64,000 nucleotides of DNA from Carcharhinus longimanus (GCA_030264375.1 JASCQW010000061.1:73836761-73900760), one strand, 5' to 3'; shown: positions 10,059-22,578, counted from the first letter of the stretch. The notes: generated by a model not told the origin, from the sequence alone. A program made the numbers and translations.

Positions 10059-13000
10059 TGTACTTACTACTAAAGCCATTCTGTCAGAGGGAATTCCTCA
10101 GCAACAGTCAGCGCCTTCAGGAAAGGAGCAAATTGACAAGAAATGTTGTTATACTCCTTTCCTTTTTTTTATCTTCTGCCTATAGTCCTCCTAAGCCCCA
10201 AGCCTTGCATCAAGAAAACAGGCTAACCATCTTCTTTCAACTGTTGCTAATGCACCTTTGTAATTGAGATAGGTTGAACTTGGACTAGTTGTTTTCTTTT
10301 TACACCTTTGGTAAGCATATGTTTTTTTACACTGTCTTGACATCTCAGTCAGGATTGGGAGTTCATTGTCTAAGGAATTACAGACATGAATTCATGCCTA
10401 CTAGTTACTCATAGAGCATTATACAATAAAGCACTGTAACTCACTTGCCTTTAATCTCTTGTTTTCTTTTATGAGCAGAGCATTATTTAGTAAAAATTCT
10501 TGATCCATTTGAGTCAAAATTGTGATCCAGGAATTTCAGATTGTAGGAAAAGCATACGCTAAATTAAGTATAGCAGACACAGGAATATCGAATGTGCACT
10601 GAGAATTCCTATATGAGCTTTACCAATTAGAATGTGCTCTACAAAGTAAAACACATTCTTTTCATGGATATTTTAATGTCCCTGAATTTCTTGGATTAAA
10701 AATATCTATGAACTGAAAATGCTATGAAAATTAATGTCTACCACGAACCTCTGGCAGTAATTATAAAGCATTAAATATGTAACCAATGAAATAAGAAAAC
10801 AACAACTACATCGTTATATCTTAAAAGAATAGCGGTTCAATTTAAAGAAATCAAAGGCTTTACCATGCTACAGATGGAGAATCTGTTTTAGTCATGATCT
10901 GGATGGGGGAAGGAAAACCATGCCACTAGCCACCTGTTTCCTGTTAACTCCATTTTCATGGGTGCATGCGTGCCAGTCCGTGTGTACATGCATGCATGTG
11001 TTTCTGTTGAACATCATGGCATGATTATCAAAGTCATACTCTATCAAAAACTCTGCAGTGTTTTATCCAAACTGCAGGTGTGCGGTAATGCATCTGCGGC
11101 AGTTCCAGAATGACAAAGAGAACATTATACATCACAATCTGGGGCTAATTGGCGCACGTTTCAGAATTCCTCAGCGCTACATAGAAGACTAGGTCATAGA
11201 TGGACTCAGAGGAAAAATTGTTCCAAACAATTTGAAAATCGGCTCCATGACAACAAATAGAATTAAAAACCATAGCAAGTGGAGTTGTGTGTTGTTCTAT
11301 AGTTAAGCCGCAGCCTGATAGGGTTGGTTTCATAGCTGCAATAGGTTATTTGATACTTTGAAGCTCAGAAGTAAAATAGTTTACAGTTTGTTTCAGAGCT
11401 TCTCAGAGATTATTTTTAGAAACAATTAGCCCATTTAGCCATAAGGCTGTAAATACCCAAGAGCCTATTTGGTTCTAAGAACTCATCTAAAGTGATTGGC
11501 TGGACAGATAACATTCAAAATCTATTGAAATACCCTGCTTATGTCACATCCATTCATTAAAAGGAATATTGTCTTTAAAAGTATTACAGTAACTGCTCCC
11601 GCATATCGGATGTGTTTTGTAAATTGGCCAACTGCAGCGAGAACCCCAGAAGGACGTATTGGTAGTTTCAGTGCCACTGAAACAAATCAGAGTTAATGTT
11701 GTGAGGCGGTTTGCACAACTGAATCAGACTGACATTTAGTTGGAAAGTGTGCGACCACAGTTGTAACTCCCTGCCCAGTGTGCAAGAATGTGCATTAACA
11801 GGTATGGAGAGACACAGAACATAGTTCTTATTGAAGCTGGTGGGGGGGAGGGAGATGTTTTGTTATTGTTCATTTGTTTCAGAAGGTTGGCTCAGGCTGA
11901 ATTCAATCCAGATTTCCAGTCAAAATGCAAAACTAGTGTATGTGGTACAAACATCACTCTGACTGATAGCAGATTGTCTATGAGGCAGAACTTTGTCTGC
12001 TAATCATTGATTGACTTATACACTTTTACTGTACAGCGGTTTACAAAATGAAACGTAAATAGTACCCTGTGTACTTTTGGAAATGTTTAACAACTTTATG
12101 GTAAAGAGGAAGATGAATACTCTGCCAACTTTATTTTACAATGCAATCACAAAATCAGAGTTTCAAATGATCCTTGACTTCTGCATCATAGCCATTTTTT
12201 GCACCTCCTGGACAGGCATTCTTGTTAGATGAATTGGTTCACTTTCGCAAGTAGCAGAGTGCTGGTTAATGCTGAAATGGATTTTGAGAGAAGGCCTATT
12301 GCTACATAACACGTTTGAGCCATGTCTCGAAGTTGAGTTCTCCCAATCCTGAATAGATCATCAATGTCTGACCTTGTCTGGGTCAAAGAATGGAGATGAG
12401 ATAGCAGTCTTGAGCCACAGCTAAGAATGGACATTCAGCTGCATTTTCAAGTTCTTACTGAATTGCACACATGCCAGTGTTCAGGCTATAGCAGAAACAT
12501 TTCTTGAATGGGTTCTTTCAGAGCAAATGGAAAAATTCTAGTGGTTCTGAGTTACAGTACAATTAAACAAAATTACTTGCACGTAAGACTTTCTGAACCC
12601 TACACACAGAGATTTTATGTGTATTGTATATTGACACATGCCCTGGTTTAGTCGCATATTGACTTGGTGTATTGCACCTGTTCTTTGATTTTTTTTAATA
12701 CATCCAGACTATTTAGAGCAGCAGCCAATAAATCATAAAACAGACATAAATGTTGGATCGGAAAGTCTGCTTCCCAAAGCCACATGGTACGGTGATACCG
12801 TGCACTGGGATACATTATTTGCACAATTTAAAATAACTTTTGTTATTGACAAAGTACATCTGAGATGTGCTTCTGTTCATTAGACTGTCTCTGTTATCTG
12901 TGGGATCCATGAGATTCTTGAGTATTCTACTTGCAGTATTGATGTTTATAAAAATGAAAAGAAAAATCTCTGCTCTAGTTTAAAACTAAGGGCAAATTAA

Positions 13001-13395
13001 ACTCAGTTTAAGAACAGCTGTAGTTTCTGTCATCAAATTATGTTGTATTGATTAGCAATATTGGTTATGTTATGACTGGGCAAGTTCAAGTTAGTTGCTT
13101 GTTTTACTTCCATCCAGATATTGTAGCAGGGACAGCACTGAAAGATTTAAAGGCCATTGTGTGTTTTGGTGATTAGATTGGGGGACATAGTATTCAAGTC
13201 GTAGTCAGTTTGATTATTACTTTCATATTCACAATTAGGTGATGTAGTTCATCCTATTTGCTTTATTGATTGCTGATCTGCATTGAGAGAATTTTTTGAT
13301 ATGTGTATCACTGATGAGCCTAACGTTTGTTGTCCATCCATAATTGGAACAACTTGCTAGGTCATTTCAGAATCAACCACATTGCAGTGTGTCTA

Positions 13396-14433
13396 GAATA
13401 GGAATAAATGAGTCATTCTCGAGTTGGCAGGTTGTGGCTAGCAGGGTACTACAAGGATCATTACTTGGGCCCCAGCTGTTCACAATATATATCAATGATT
13501 TGGATGTGGAGATCAAATTTTTCCAAATTTAATATTTCCAAGTTTGCAGATGATACAAAGCTAGGTGGAAATGTGTGTGGTGAGGAAGATGTAAAGCAGC
13601 TACAGAAGGATTTGGACAGATTTAGTGAGTAGGTAAGAATATGGCAGATAACATATAATGAGGAAAAATATGAGGTAACCCACATTGGTGGAAGGAACAG
13701 ATGATGTGCAGAGTATCACCTAAATGGTGAGAAATTAAGAAATATAGAAAATCCTTGTCCATTAGTCATGTAAGGCTAACATGCAGGTGCAGCAAGTGAA
13801 TAGAAAGGCGAATGGAACGTTAGCTTTTATCACAAGAGGATTTGAGTACAGGTAGTGAGGTTTTGCTTTATTTGTATAGAAGCTTAGTTAGATCGCACCT
13901 GGAGTACAGTGTGCAGTTTTGCTCCTCGTACCTCAGAAAGGACATTATTGTCATGGAAGGAGTGCAGCACACACTCACCAGACTTGTTCCAGGGATAATG
14001 GGACTGTCTTATGAAGAGAGATTGGGCAAACTCTAGAGCTTCAAAGAATGAGAGGTGATTGTGTTGACACCTACAAGATACTTAAAGGAATAGAAGGGTA
14101 GATGCAAGTCAGATGCTTCCATTGGTTGGGGAATCTAGAACTAGGGTGCATAATTTCAAAATAAAGAGGATGCCACTTAGGACTGAGATGAAGAGAAATT
14201 TCTTTACACACACTGTTGTGAATCTGTAGAATTCTCTACCCCAGAAGGCTGTGAAAGCTCAGCCATTGGGTTTGTTTAAGGTAGATGTTGATAGATTTCT
14301 GAATAACAATCTTGTCAAAGTTTATAGGGATAGTGGGTGCAAAAAACTTTGAAGGGTCCAATCAGCCATAATCATATTGTATGGCAGAGCAGGTTTGATG
14401 GGCTGAATGGCCTACTCTTATTCTTATATTTCT
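13396..14433 (+). mobile_element. CR1-clade LINE (HER1-like), 5'-truncated ORF2 RT C-terminus and 3' UTR
   Basis: Frameshifted translation contains VLQGSLLGPQLFTIYINDL, SKFADDTKLGG and LYRSLVRSHLEYSVQF. The 3' end is gatgggctgaatggcctactcttattcttatatttcta. Confidence 0.92.
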
Positions 14434-14437
14434 AGAG

Positions 14438-14668
14438 CCATACGTAGTCTAGATCAGATAAGGGCAACAGTATTCCTTCCCTGAAGGGATATTAGTGAAG
14501 CAGATGGACATTTAAGACAATTGATAGTTTTATTACTGAGACCAGCTTTCAATTCTAGAGATATTAATTAATTTCATTTAAACTCCTGCAATGCCATGTT
14601 GGGATTTAAACTTGTGTCCCCAGAGTAATAGCATGGGCCTCAGGATTACTAGTCTAATGATATCACTA
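14438..14668 (-). mobile_element. tRNA-derived SINE of the 23815/56955 family, partial
   Basis: The reverse complement matches the head (gactagtaatcc...ggggacacaagtttaaatccc) and body (catctgcttcactaatatcccttcagggaaggaa). Confidence 0.7.
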
Positions 14669-14703
14669 AGTCATCCATCTGTCCTTTCCTAGCTTCATCT
14701 CAA

Positions 14704-14798
14704 CATAGATTCATAGAATACCTATAGTGCAGAAGGAGGCCATTTGGCCAGAACTGGCACTGAGGCAGCAGTGCTAACCACTGCACCATCATGCTGCC
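14704..14798 (-). mobile_element. Internally deleted HE1-type SINE (head fused directly to tail)
   Basis: The tail catagaatacctatagtgcagaaggaggccatttggcc joins ctggcactgaggcagcagtgctaaccactgcaccatcatgctgcc (head). The V domain is absent. Confidence 0.8.
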
Positions 14799-14844
14799 AA
14801 CATTTTCATGGAGTTTACTGTCTGTTTATTTTTATCACTGTTTT

Positions 14845-15600
14845 GTACAGTTAGTTGCCTCAAGTGCCACCTGTCATTATTCTGCCCACTTACGTAATTC
14901 ATCTAATTAATTCTGTAATTGGCTCTTATAATTCTATTGCTCCAGTTGGGTATCATCTGTAAGTTTGATGATTTTACACGAAGCTTATGAATCCGGACAA
15001 TTTATATAATGCTGAAACAGTAGCAGTTGCAGCACTAAGTCCTGAGGCAACCATTTACCCCGCTTTGATTTCGTTTCTTTAACAAGAATTCGTTGAATTT
15101 AAATTCAGGTTTTAAAAAAAATTTACTACCTTTCAATCAGTCTCTGATCAATTCCTTGAGTTTATTTTGAAACCCCACACTTTCACGTTTAATTAATAAG
15201 CTTTCATGCAGAAGTGTATCAAAGCCTTTTAGAAGTCAAGATACTCCATCATAGGATTGACAGAGACCTTGTTGGGTCATCATTTCTTCAAAGCAGTAGA
15301 GCAGGCTGGGTAGATTAGCATCCTCCTTTTGAATCCATGGGGACTGCTGTTAACTAAGTTATTGCTATACCAATGATCTTAAAGTTTACCAACAATTTAT
15401 TCCACTATTTATGTGGATTAATGACGAGACTACTGGTTCGATAGTTGTGTATGTCTGTTCAGTCATCCGCTTCATTAACATAACCATTAGGTTAGTCTGT
15501 TTCCAATCTGATGGTACCTCTTCATTAGCTTCCTCATAATGGTTGTCAGCACCTCATGAATCTCCATCCTACTCTCTGACATTCTGTCTACCACATACAT
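14845..15600 (-). mobile_element. Old CR1 RT fragment
   Basis: Minus-strand translation shows NYRTSSL, YLDF*KALI/FDT-like and KLTDDTQL...LDELRKWAE segments, in CR1 RT order. Confidence 0.65.
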
Positions 15601-15765
15601 GAGTGAAGTGGTATTTGAATTTCGGTGCCACTAAGTACCAGGTACATAGTCTGTACATCCCAGTGACTGGTGGATTGTATCAAACAGCATGTCCTTTTGG
15701 CTGTTCACATGATGTAGAGTACTGACCATTTTAAACCAGACCATGCATGCAAAACTCAGAATCTT

Positions 15766-15901
15766 GGGCGGGATTCTCTGGCCGTTCATGCCAACGGGAT
15801 TCTCCTGTCCTCCTGCAGTGAACACAGATTTGGCTGAGCATCAAATTCTCCATGATGTTTGGCAGTGGTGGTGGGGTGTGAATGGCCAGATAATTCTGCC
15901 C
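15766..15901. mobile_element. 136-bp MITE-like element with terminal inverted repeats
   Basis: Left end gggcgggattctctggccgttca versus reverse complement of the right end gggcagaattatctggccattca. A related copy lies in the opposite orientation at about 37852-37967. Confidence 0.7.
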
Positions 15902-16109
15902 ATAAAGTCTAACATTGCATGTAATTTTGCTAGTGGACAAGCACGTGCATTAACAATCCTGAGTGTGCTGAGAATTATACTAACCACTTTAAGACTGTGG
16001 CTCATTTATACTTGCTAGAAGCTACATATATTTGTACATAGGAAGCTGTCCTCTGCAAGCAAAAGGAACATGTCCACATCTTATGCTACTTTTGAATTAA
16101 ACCAAAGTA

Positions 16110-16305
16110 TGGGGAACTATCATTCCTGATGCATTCTCCGTGGCAATGCCTCAACCAACCAGTTGACTTGCCAACCAGTTAGCATCCTTTTGTTATGTAG
16201 TATAAATTATTGCTCCCTTTGAAATTTGGCATTCTTGCATTTGTCCAGTGTGAGACGAAAAGTTTGACAGCATGTCTCACTTCTTTTCAGTCATAGTTCT
16301 GCACC
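16110..16305 (+). mobile_element. Probable Penelope-like 3' terminal fragment
   Basis: tataaatt...tttggcattcttgcatttgtcc...agacgaaaagtttgacagcatgtctc resembles, from recall, shark Penelope-like (PLE) terminal repeats. The hammerhead core is partly deleted. Confidence 0.4.
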
Positions 16306-16736
16306 ACTAATGACAGGTGGCACTTGAGGCAGCCAACTGTTCTAAACCTATTCCCCTATTCTCTCTTTCTCAGCACTTGAGGATAAATATCATTGCTCAC
16401 ATTTAGAACTTTTAAACAATCTCATTTGGGTAGATTTTAGCTTTTGAGCCACCAACTTGTGGAGAAATTGCCAAAGAGACAGCCGCAGTATTGTGAACTG
16501 TGCCTTATTTAATTCGATGAGCAAACTGCAGACATGAAATGGGAGTCCAAAGCAGTTGCTGGGATATCAGATGGTTCGAGTGCCAGTGATAGATGCAAAG
16601 AGGTCTTGGCTTTTATTAAGTTTTGTTTAGGGAATCTGTTAATTGTATAAATTAAGGTTAAGTGTCAATAGGCTGGGAGGCACTCATTGGATAATTGCAG
16701 ATAAAGAGACACTTATTGATTCCTTCACCTTTGGGC

Positions 16737-17340
16737 AACCAGTTTCTTACTACCATGTTAAACTTCCTATAGCCGGTCAGTGAAGCAAGAGACTGAAGTC
16801 AGTCATTACTCAGCTTTAGATTTATTCACAAGGTGAAACATTACAAAAGTATTGCTCTTAATTCTACAACAATCTACCACCACTGTCAATAAGAAAAAAG
16901 AAAAGTACAGCACAGGAACAGGCCCTGTAGCCCTCCAAGCCCATGCTGATCATGATGTTCCAACTGTACAAAAATAAATCTTCTGCCCTCAGAAGTACAA
17001 ATAAGTGTCTCTTTTATACTCTTTTGAGTTACCAGTAAATAAACAAACAAACCTGTCTAAAGGACACTTTCATGTCACTGAAACTAAACCAAAAGTATCA
17101 AAGAAATTAAATGAAATTAATATGAAACTAAAATGTAGTTTCTGGGAGTGACGATGCACCCGAGCCCCTGTGATGGCCGCCAGTCATGGAAGGAGTGTTG
17201 ATACTTTTTTGAGTATGCCAAAGAAACAAACAAACTAAGAAATAAACTAACCATCTGACAGCCCCTTAAAGGAGCACAAGTAATTATCCAATCAGTGTCC
17301 CCCACTTGTAGACACTTCACCTTAATTGATACAATTAACA
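16737..17340 (-). mobile_element. LTR (16756-17340) followed by a primer-binding site; contains a short CR1-tail insertion at about 16890-16990
   Basis: TGTTAA...TTAACA termini, with minus-strand TATAAAAG and AATAAA. It is immediately followed on the minus strand by TGGTAGTAAGAAACTGGTT (16755-16737), similar to the complement of the initiator tRNA-Met 3' end (TGGTAGCAGAGGATGGTT). Confidence 0.6.
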
Positions 17341-17649
17341 CTGGTGGGTGGGAGTGATGGTGTTGACAGTGTTAATGAGGCTGAGTGGGTGGAGAACCTG
17401 GGCTAGCAGTGACCCATATTGTTTTATGGAGCAAGGTGAATGCTCCTGCGAATGCTTCTGCTCCTTCTAGCTCTACATCAATACACATTTAAACATGTTT
17501 CCCTAAAGGGCCAGCACCAATCTGTCAATGTTATCCTTAAAATTACATGGGTAAAAGACTTTTTCCACATGGCTGATGTGGAAATATGGTCTCAAAATGG
17601 CAGCAGTTAGTACATTGGAGTAAATGGAACAATAAATATATCCAATATA

Positions 17650-18600
17650 GTTTGAGACCCTCCTTCCCTTTTAGTGGATTTTCCTGACTTTGCTCTATAT
17701 TCCACAAAACCCTTGCCTACGTCAATTCCTGAATTGAAGATTTGAATTGACCCAGTATCCACAGACTTCTGCGAAAGACTGTTACAAATTTCTCCCACCA
17801 TTTGGGTGCCAGGGTGACATTCTGGTTAGCACTGCTGCCTCGCAGCGCCAGGTACCTGGGTTCAATTCCAGCCTTGGGCGACTGTCTGTGTGGAGTTTGC
17901 ACATTTTCCCCATGTTTTCATGGGTTTCCTCCAGTTGCTCCAGTCCAGAGAAGTGTGGGTTAGATGGAATGGCCATGCCACATTGGTCTTAGTGCCCAAA
18001 GGTGTGTAGGTTAGGAGGATTAGTGAGTAAATACGTGATATTACAGGATGGGATAGTTGTTGGTGCATGATTGATGGGCCAAATGGCCTCCTGCACTGTA
18101 GAGATTCTGTGGATTCTATGGATTTGTATGGAAAAAGAGCTTTTTGATTTCATTCCGATCTGGCTTGTTCTCAGCTGAAATTATTTTCCCCTACCAGAAG
18201 AAATAGTTTCTCTGTCTGTCCCCTGTTTAAATTAATCACCCCTCGATCTTCTCTGTGAAGACTCGATAAAATGCAAATGAGCTATATACAACTGGTGTTA
18301 TAATGTAACATTGTAATCTAGTATTATTTTGGTGACTTTGCACTGCGCCCAATTTAAGGCCACTATTTCTTTCTGGAAATGCAGTGTTCAGATTCAGAAT
18401 TGAAAACAGTACTTGAGATGGGATCTGATCAAGGCTGTGTACAGCTGAAGCATCACTTGCTGACTTCTGTATTATAGCCCTTTTGAGATAGAGTACAACA
18501 TTCCATTAGCCTTTTTGATTACTTTTTGTGCCTATCCACTTTTAATGAGTTGTGTAATTGATCTCTCAGAACTCTCGTTCTTTTAATGTTTCTCAGCATT
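17650..18600 (-). mobile_element. CR1 3' fragment interrupted by an HE1 SINE
   Basis: The minus strand encodes KKANGMLYSISKGL...VMLQLYTALIRSHLKYCFQF. The 3' region continues on both sides of the SINE. Confidence 0.75.
17804..18125 (+). mobile_element. HE1-type V-SINE, type A tail
   Basis: tggttagcactgctgcctcgcagcgccagg...gggttcaattcc (A and B boxes), V domain, and tail gatgggccaaatggcctcctgcactgtagagattctgtggattctatgg. Confidence 0.9.
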
Positions 18601-18949
18601 TAGAAAATACTCTGATTTATAATCAGTTTATGGTTAAAATCCACCCCATTGACTTTACTTGAGATATTTTTGATTGAAAAGGGCATATTCTTCACACATT
18701 CGTTTGTGTATACTCAGAGGAAGCATTCATTTTGATTATTTACTACTTTATTTTCATCGTCAGTTTCCAGCCTGTTTGCGTCTTTTACAGTTCTCACTTC
18801 AGACATTACTGATCTGTTATTGATACTGATATAGTTGTTTTTTTTAATATTTATTATTAGTTTAGTTAGTCTTAGCATATATACTACTATTCCACACCAT
18901 TGTGGAAAAGTAGTATATATTCAAGGCCCTATACACCCCTTTGGGGTTA

Positions 18950-19510
18950 AGTTTTGTTTCGCTTGCACTTGCTCCAATTTGTATTTGCCGCTCCCAATGC
19001 GATCTCCTCCACACCGGGCAGATGGGGTGACCGCTTTGCAGAACACCTTTACTCAGTCCGCAAGCATGACCACAACTATCCTGTTGCATGCCATTTCAAT
19101 CCAGCAGCTTGCTCTCATGCCCACATGTCTGTCTTCAGCCTGCTGCAATGCTCCAGTGAAGCCCAGTGCAAGCTGAAGGAGCAGCATCTAATCTTCCAGT
19201 TGGACACGTTGCAGCCCTAGGGACTCGATGTTGAGTTCAACAACTTGGATTATGACCTTTCTCTCCATCTTAAATTCATTTTAAAAAAATAACCCATACA
19301 TGTATTGCCTCAATTCAAACCTCCCCTCTCACAACAAGCCATCCATCTTTTGTTCTTAAAGTTGCAACATTTTGTTGCAATCTCTCATAGTTACACTTTA
19401 ATATCTAACATATTCTCCCTTTCTTTAGTTCTGCTGAAGAGCCAAAAGAACTCAGTTAACTCTCTGCTTTCTCTCCTTACAGATGTTGCCAGGCTTGCTG
19501 AGTTTTTCCA
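18950..19510 (+). mobile_element. Penelope-like element: GIY-YIG endonuclease remnant plus 3' terminal repeat
   Basis: Frameshifted FACTCSNL..C...GDRFAEHLYSVRKHDHNYPVACHFNP...CKLKEQHLIFQLDTLQP*GLDVEFNN is the typical PLE endonuclease C-terminus. It is followed by the ctgaagag...gttaactctctgctttctctccttacagatgttgccagg terminal motif. Confidence 0.85.
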
Positions 19511-22009
19511 GTGTTCTCTTATCTTACTACTTTGTGTTTCCTTGTTTTACTACTTTCCTCAGTCTCTTAGATCACTCTCTCAATATGTTGCTGCATTCAT
19601 TTTCATTCATTAAAATTAGATCTCTGTTCCTTTCATCCTGTGTGTTTTTTTTTATGGACGATTTTTCCTTTCTTAATCTCATCTTTACTAATCCATTCAG
19701 GAGCATATTTGCTTAGTCTGAAATCGTTAGCTGTATTTGTTCTAACTGCTGAATATTATATATTTAAAGTGTTCCACATGGATTGTATTGAACTGTCGTT
19801 GATGAAAGTAGCATTGTTGTTCTGAAACAGTGCTGCCAGCTACTCAGTCATCTCCTCAATTTGTTTGGCAATTTCCCTTTCTTTCCACATACTGATAGTC
19901 TCTGTGACAATAGTACTTTTTTTTCTAATTTTTTTTGAACAAATTCTCATAATAGTGGCTTTTAAGGCATTTTTAATGTAGTCAAATCATGATCTTTCTA
20001 AAGAGTCTCACAAATGGGATGAATGTACCACCAATGAAGATAATCCACATCTCCGAAACAAGATTAACATGGAGGTCCCTGGTCTCCAACAGCCTGTTAA
20101 GGCACATGGTACTTGAAGAGAGAGAAGACATCTTTCCTCTTGTGGATTGCCATCTGTTTCCTGCAGTATCATTTCTAACCTTTACTCAATATATACTCCT
20201 TGAGTTCTAGGTAGACAGCTGAAAACACGNNNNNNNNNNNAAAACACGTGACTATTTGCTTTCCTGAACAAGGAATCACCCTGACTACAATCTCCCTAAA
20301 TGTAGCTTTGTCCAACAGTCCCCTCTGGTTATTTGACTAATCTTTCTTGCAAGACCTTATATTTCGTACTGTTGGACAATGCTTAGTATGTTTCCTACAT
20401 TCTTTGTCCCCAACCCTATTCCATTTGTAATCAATATTTGTGGGCTTCTTTCTGCGTTTGACCCTTTCATGATAATGCTCATCCTAATTGTTAATTTTCA
20501 ACTCACAAGGTTGGCTCTTGGGGTTCAATGCTACTTTTCTGATATGACCTATGCCACCTACCACATCAAATTCGATTGATGTTCCTCAAAAATCTGTTCC
20601 TTTCTTTCCATCGTGGGACTGAGGGCCTCTTTCTTCAAGCTTTCTGAGAGAAAGTTCACAGAAGTCATGTGATTTGCCACAATAAACTGACAAACTGATC
20701 TGTTTCAAGAAAAACTGTTTTTCAAATAGTCTTTGCATATCTTTGGCATGATTCACACACCTTCAGCAATTACTCATGCCAGTGAAAAACAATTATCTGT
20801 TCCACCTGAACAACATCTTTTTTGGGAGCATGCCTGTAGCATTTTGGCAAAGGAAGGTTACATTTGAAAGTGTTGATAACATTTCCATGTGGGCTTGCAA
20901 ACAAAACACCTTTTTGATGTAATGTCACTCAGGCAGCAACAGTAATGTTTCGCTCAGTATGCACTAAGGTATACAACATGTGTCTGCATCTGCCTCTGTA
21001 TCTGTGAGTCGTCAAACCCTTGTTATAACATGCTAAAAAGCATAGTATAGAATCCATTTGAAAGGAGCCTAACCTTTAATACCTTCCAGATCACAGTCAG
21101 TCTTGAACTGCTCTTTAAAATGTTGGACCGAACCATTTTGTTTTTTTTATCATGAATCCACTAGGAGCTGTGTAGTGCACTGCGAGGGCACACTGTTCTT
21201 TCAATCCTGGAGCTTGTACTTCAACCTGGCCAAGACCAATAAGAGTGAAAATGTTCTTCCTCTGTCAACTATAAGGTTTTGCATGAATGAGTTTAGACAA
21301 TTAGGCCATCATACTACGTAATACTCTGGCTCTTTCTGAAGCATCTTTTCTGGACAGCTCGAGCAGCATTGGCAGAAGACAGGGAGCACGTCGGCTGATA
21401 CTTTTTTGGATAGGAAAAAATGCATGTGTAGGAAAGCAATTAAAATAATATGTCCTTTTTAAAGTGATCTTTTGACATCCCAATCCTTTTCCTTTTGTTA
21501 CTTTGCATTTTTTAATAATGTGCTCTGCTCCAATAGAGACTGAGAGCCTTGAGAGGGAGAAGTTGACAGTTTTGTGATCAGAAAAATCAGAATAGGGGCA
21601 GGTTTGGATTGGAATCCTGACATTAATGTCAAATGTGGATCCTGACCCTGCTGGGAGCAGTAACTGGAGTTTTATTTTGTCTTAATTGGCCAATTGGTGG
21701 CATGAGGCTGTCCTTTTCACCCAATTCAGGGTAAAGGACAGGTTCTCAAAGCTGAGAGGTTATATGAAACCCAGAAGCAGTGAGTGGCACTGCAGCCTGC
21801 AGTTGTAGGTGAGAAGAAAGTGCCTTCATTTTGAGGCACCTTCTCAGCACTTGAGCCCACTTTTTAAAGTGCTGGACCATCATTAGGGAATTGGAACCCT
21901 CAACAGGGTCTCCTGTGCCCTCAGCTGTGATCTGGTAGATGGGGATGGGGCATCTCAAAGGCAAGATAGGGTGCTGGCTCCTGGTTTGTCATTGGACAAC
22001 CATATCAAT

Positions 22010-22415
22010 GGCTCTAATCCTTTAAAAAAGGAGGTAGACAAAAGGTGGGTAACTGTAGGCCAATTAGCTTGACTTCTGTAGAAGGGAAAATGCTTGGATC
22101 TATCATCTGCAGTAGGCGACGGTGCAGAGGGACCTCGGGGTCCTTGTGCATGAGTCGCAAAAACCCAGCTTGCAGGTGCAGCANNNNNNNNNNNNNNNNN
22201 NNNNNNNNNNNNNNNNNNNNNNNNNNNNNNNNNNNNNNNNNNNNNNNNNNNNNNNNNNNNNNNNNNNNNNNNNNNNNNNNNNNAAAAAAACTTGCCTCGT
22301 TTAAACCTTGCCCCTTAAACCTATGCCCCCTAGTAATTGACTGTTCTGCCCTGGGAAATAGCTTCTTGCTATCCACTCTGTCCATGCCTCTCATAATCCT
22401 GTAGACTTCTATTAG
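22010..22415. mobile_element. CR1 fragments flanking an assembly gap (+ before the gap, - after it)
   Basis: Before the Ns on +: FKKGGRQKVGNCRPISLTSVEGKML and QRDLGVLVHESQK. After the Ns on -: LIEVYRIMRGMDRVDSKKLFP...TRGHRFK. Confidence 0.8.
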
Positions 22416-22443
22416 GTGGCAGGTAAAGTGACACATTAAGCTG

Positions 22444-22578
22444 ACTCTGACGCTGGGTCATCCAGACTTGAAACATTAGCTCTACTCCTTCTCCACAGAT
22501 GCTGTCAGTCCTGCTGAGTTTCTCCAGCATTTTCTGTTTTGGTTTCAGATTCCAGTATTCGCAGTAATTTGCTTTTAT
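22444..22578 (+). mobile_element. Penelope-derived terminal repeat with decayed hammerhead-like core
   Basis: ctgacgc-tgggtcatccagactt-gaaac-attagctc...ctccacagatgctgtcagtcctgctgagtttctccagcattttctg is homologous to 19430-19510 and 59858-59950. Confidence 0.7.

Noticed and set aside
20221-20248. Direct repeat aaaacacg flanking Ns; likewise gtttcctcccacagtcc around the gap at 46362-46368
   Set aside because: Overlapping contig ends at scaffold gaps, which are assembly artefacts.
22014-22436. ORFs spanning N runs (also 51179-51484 and 52238-52705), and the apparent inverted CR1 arrangement across the 22.2-kb gap
   Set aside because: The ORFs are open only because of Ns, and the structure across the gap cannot be determined.
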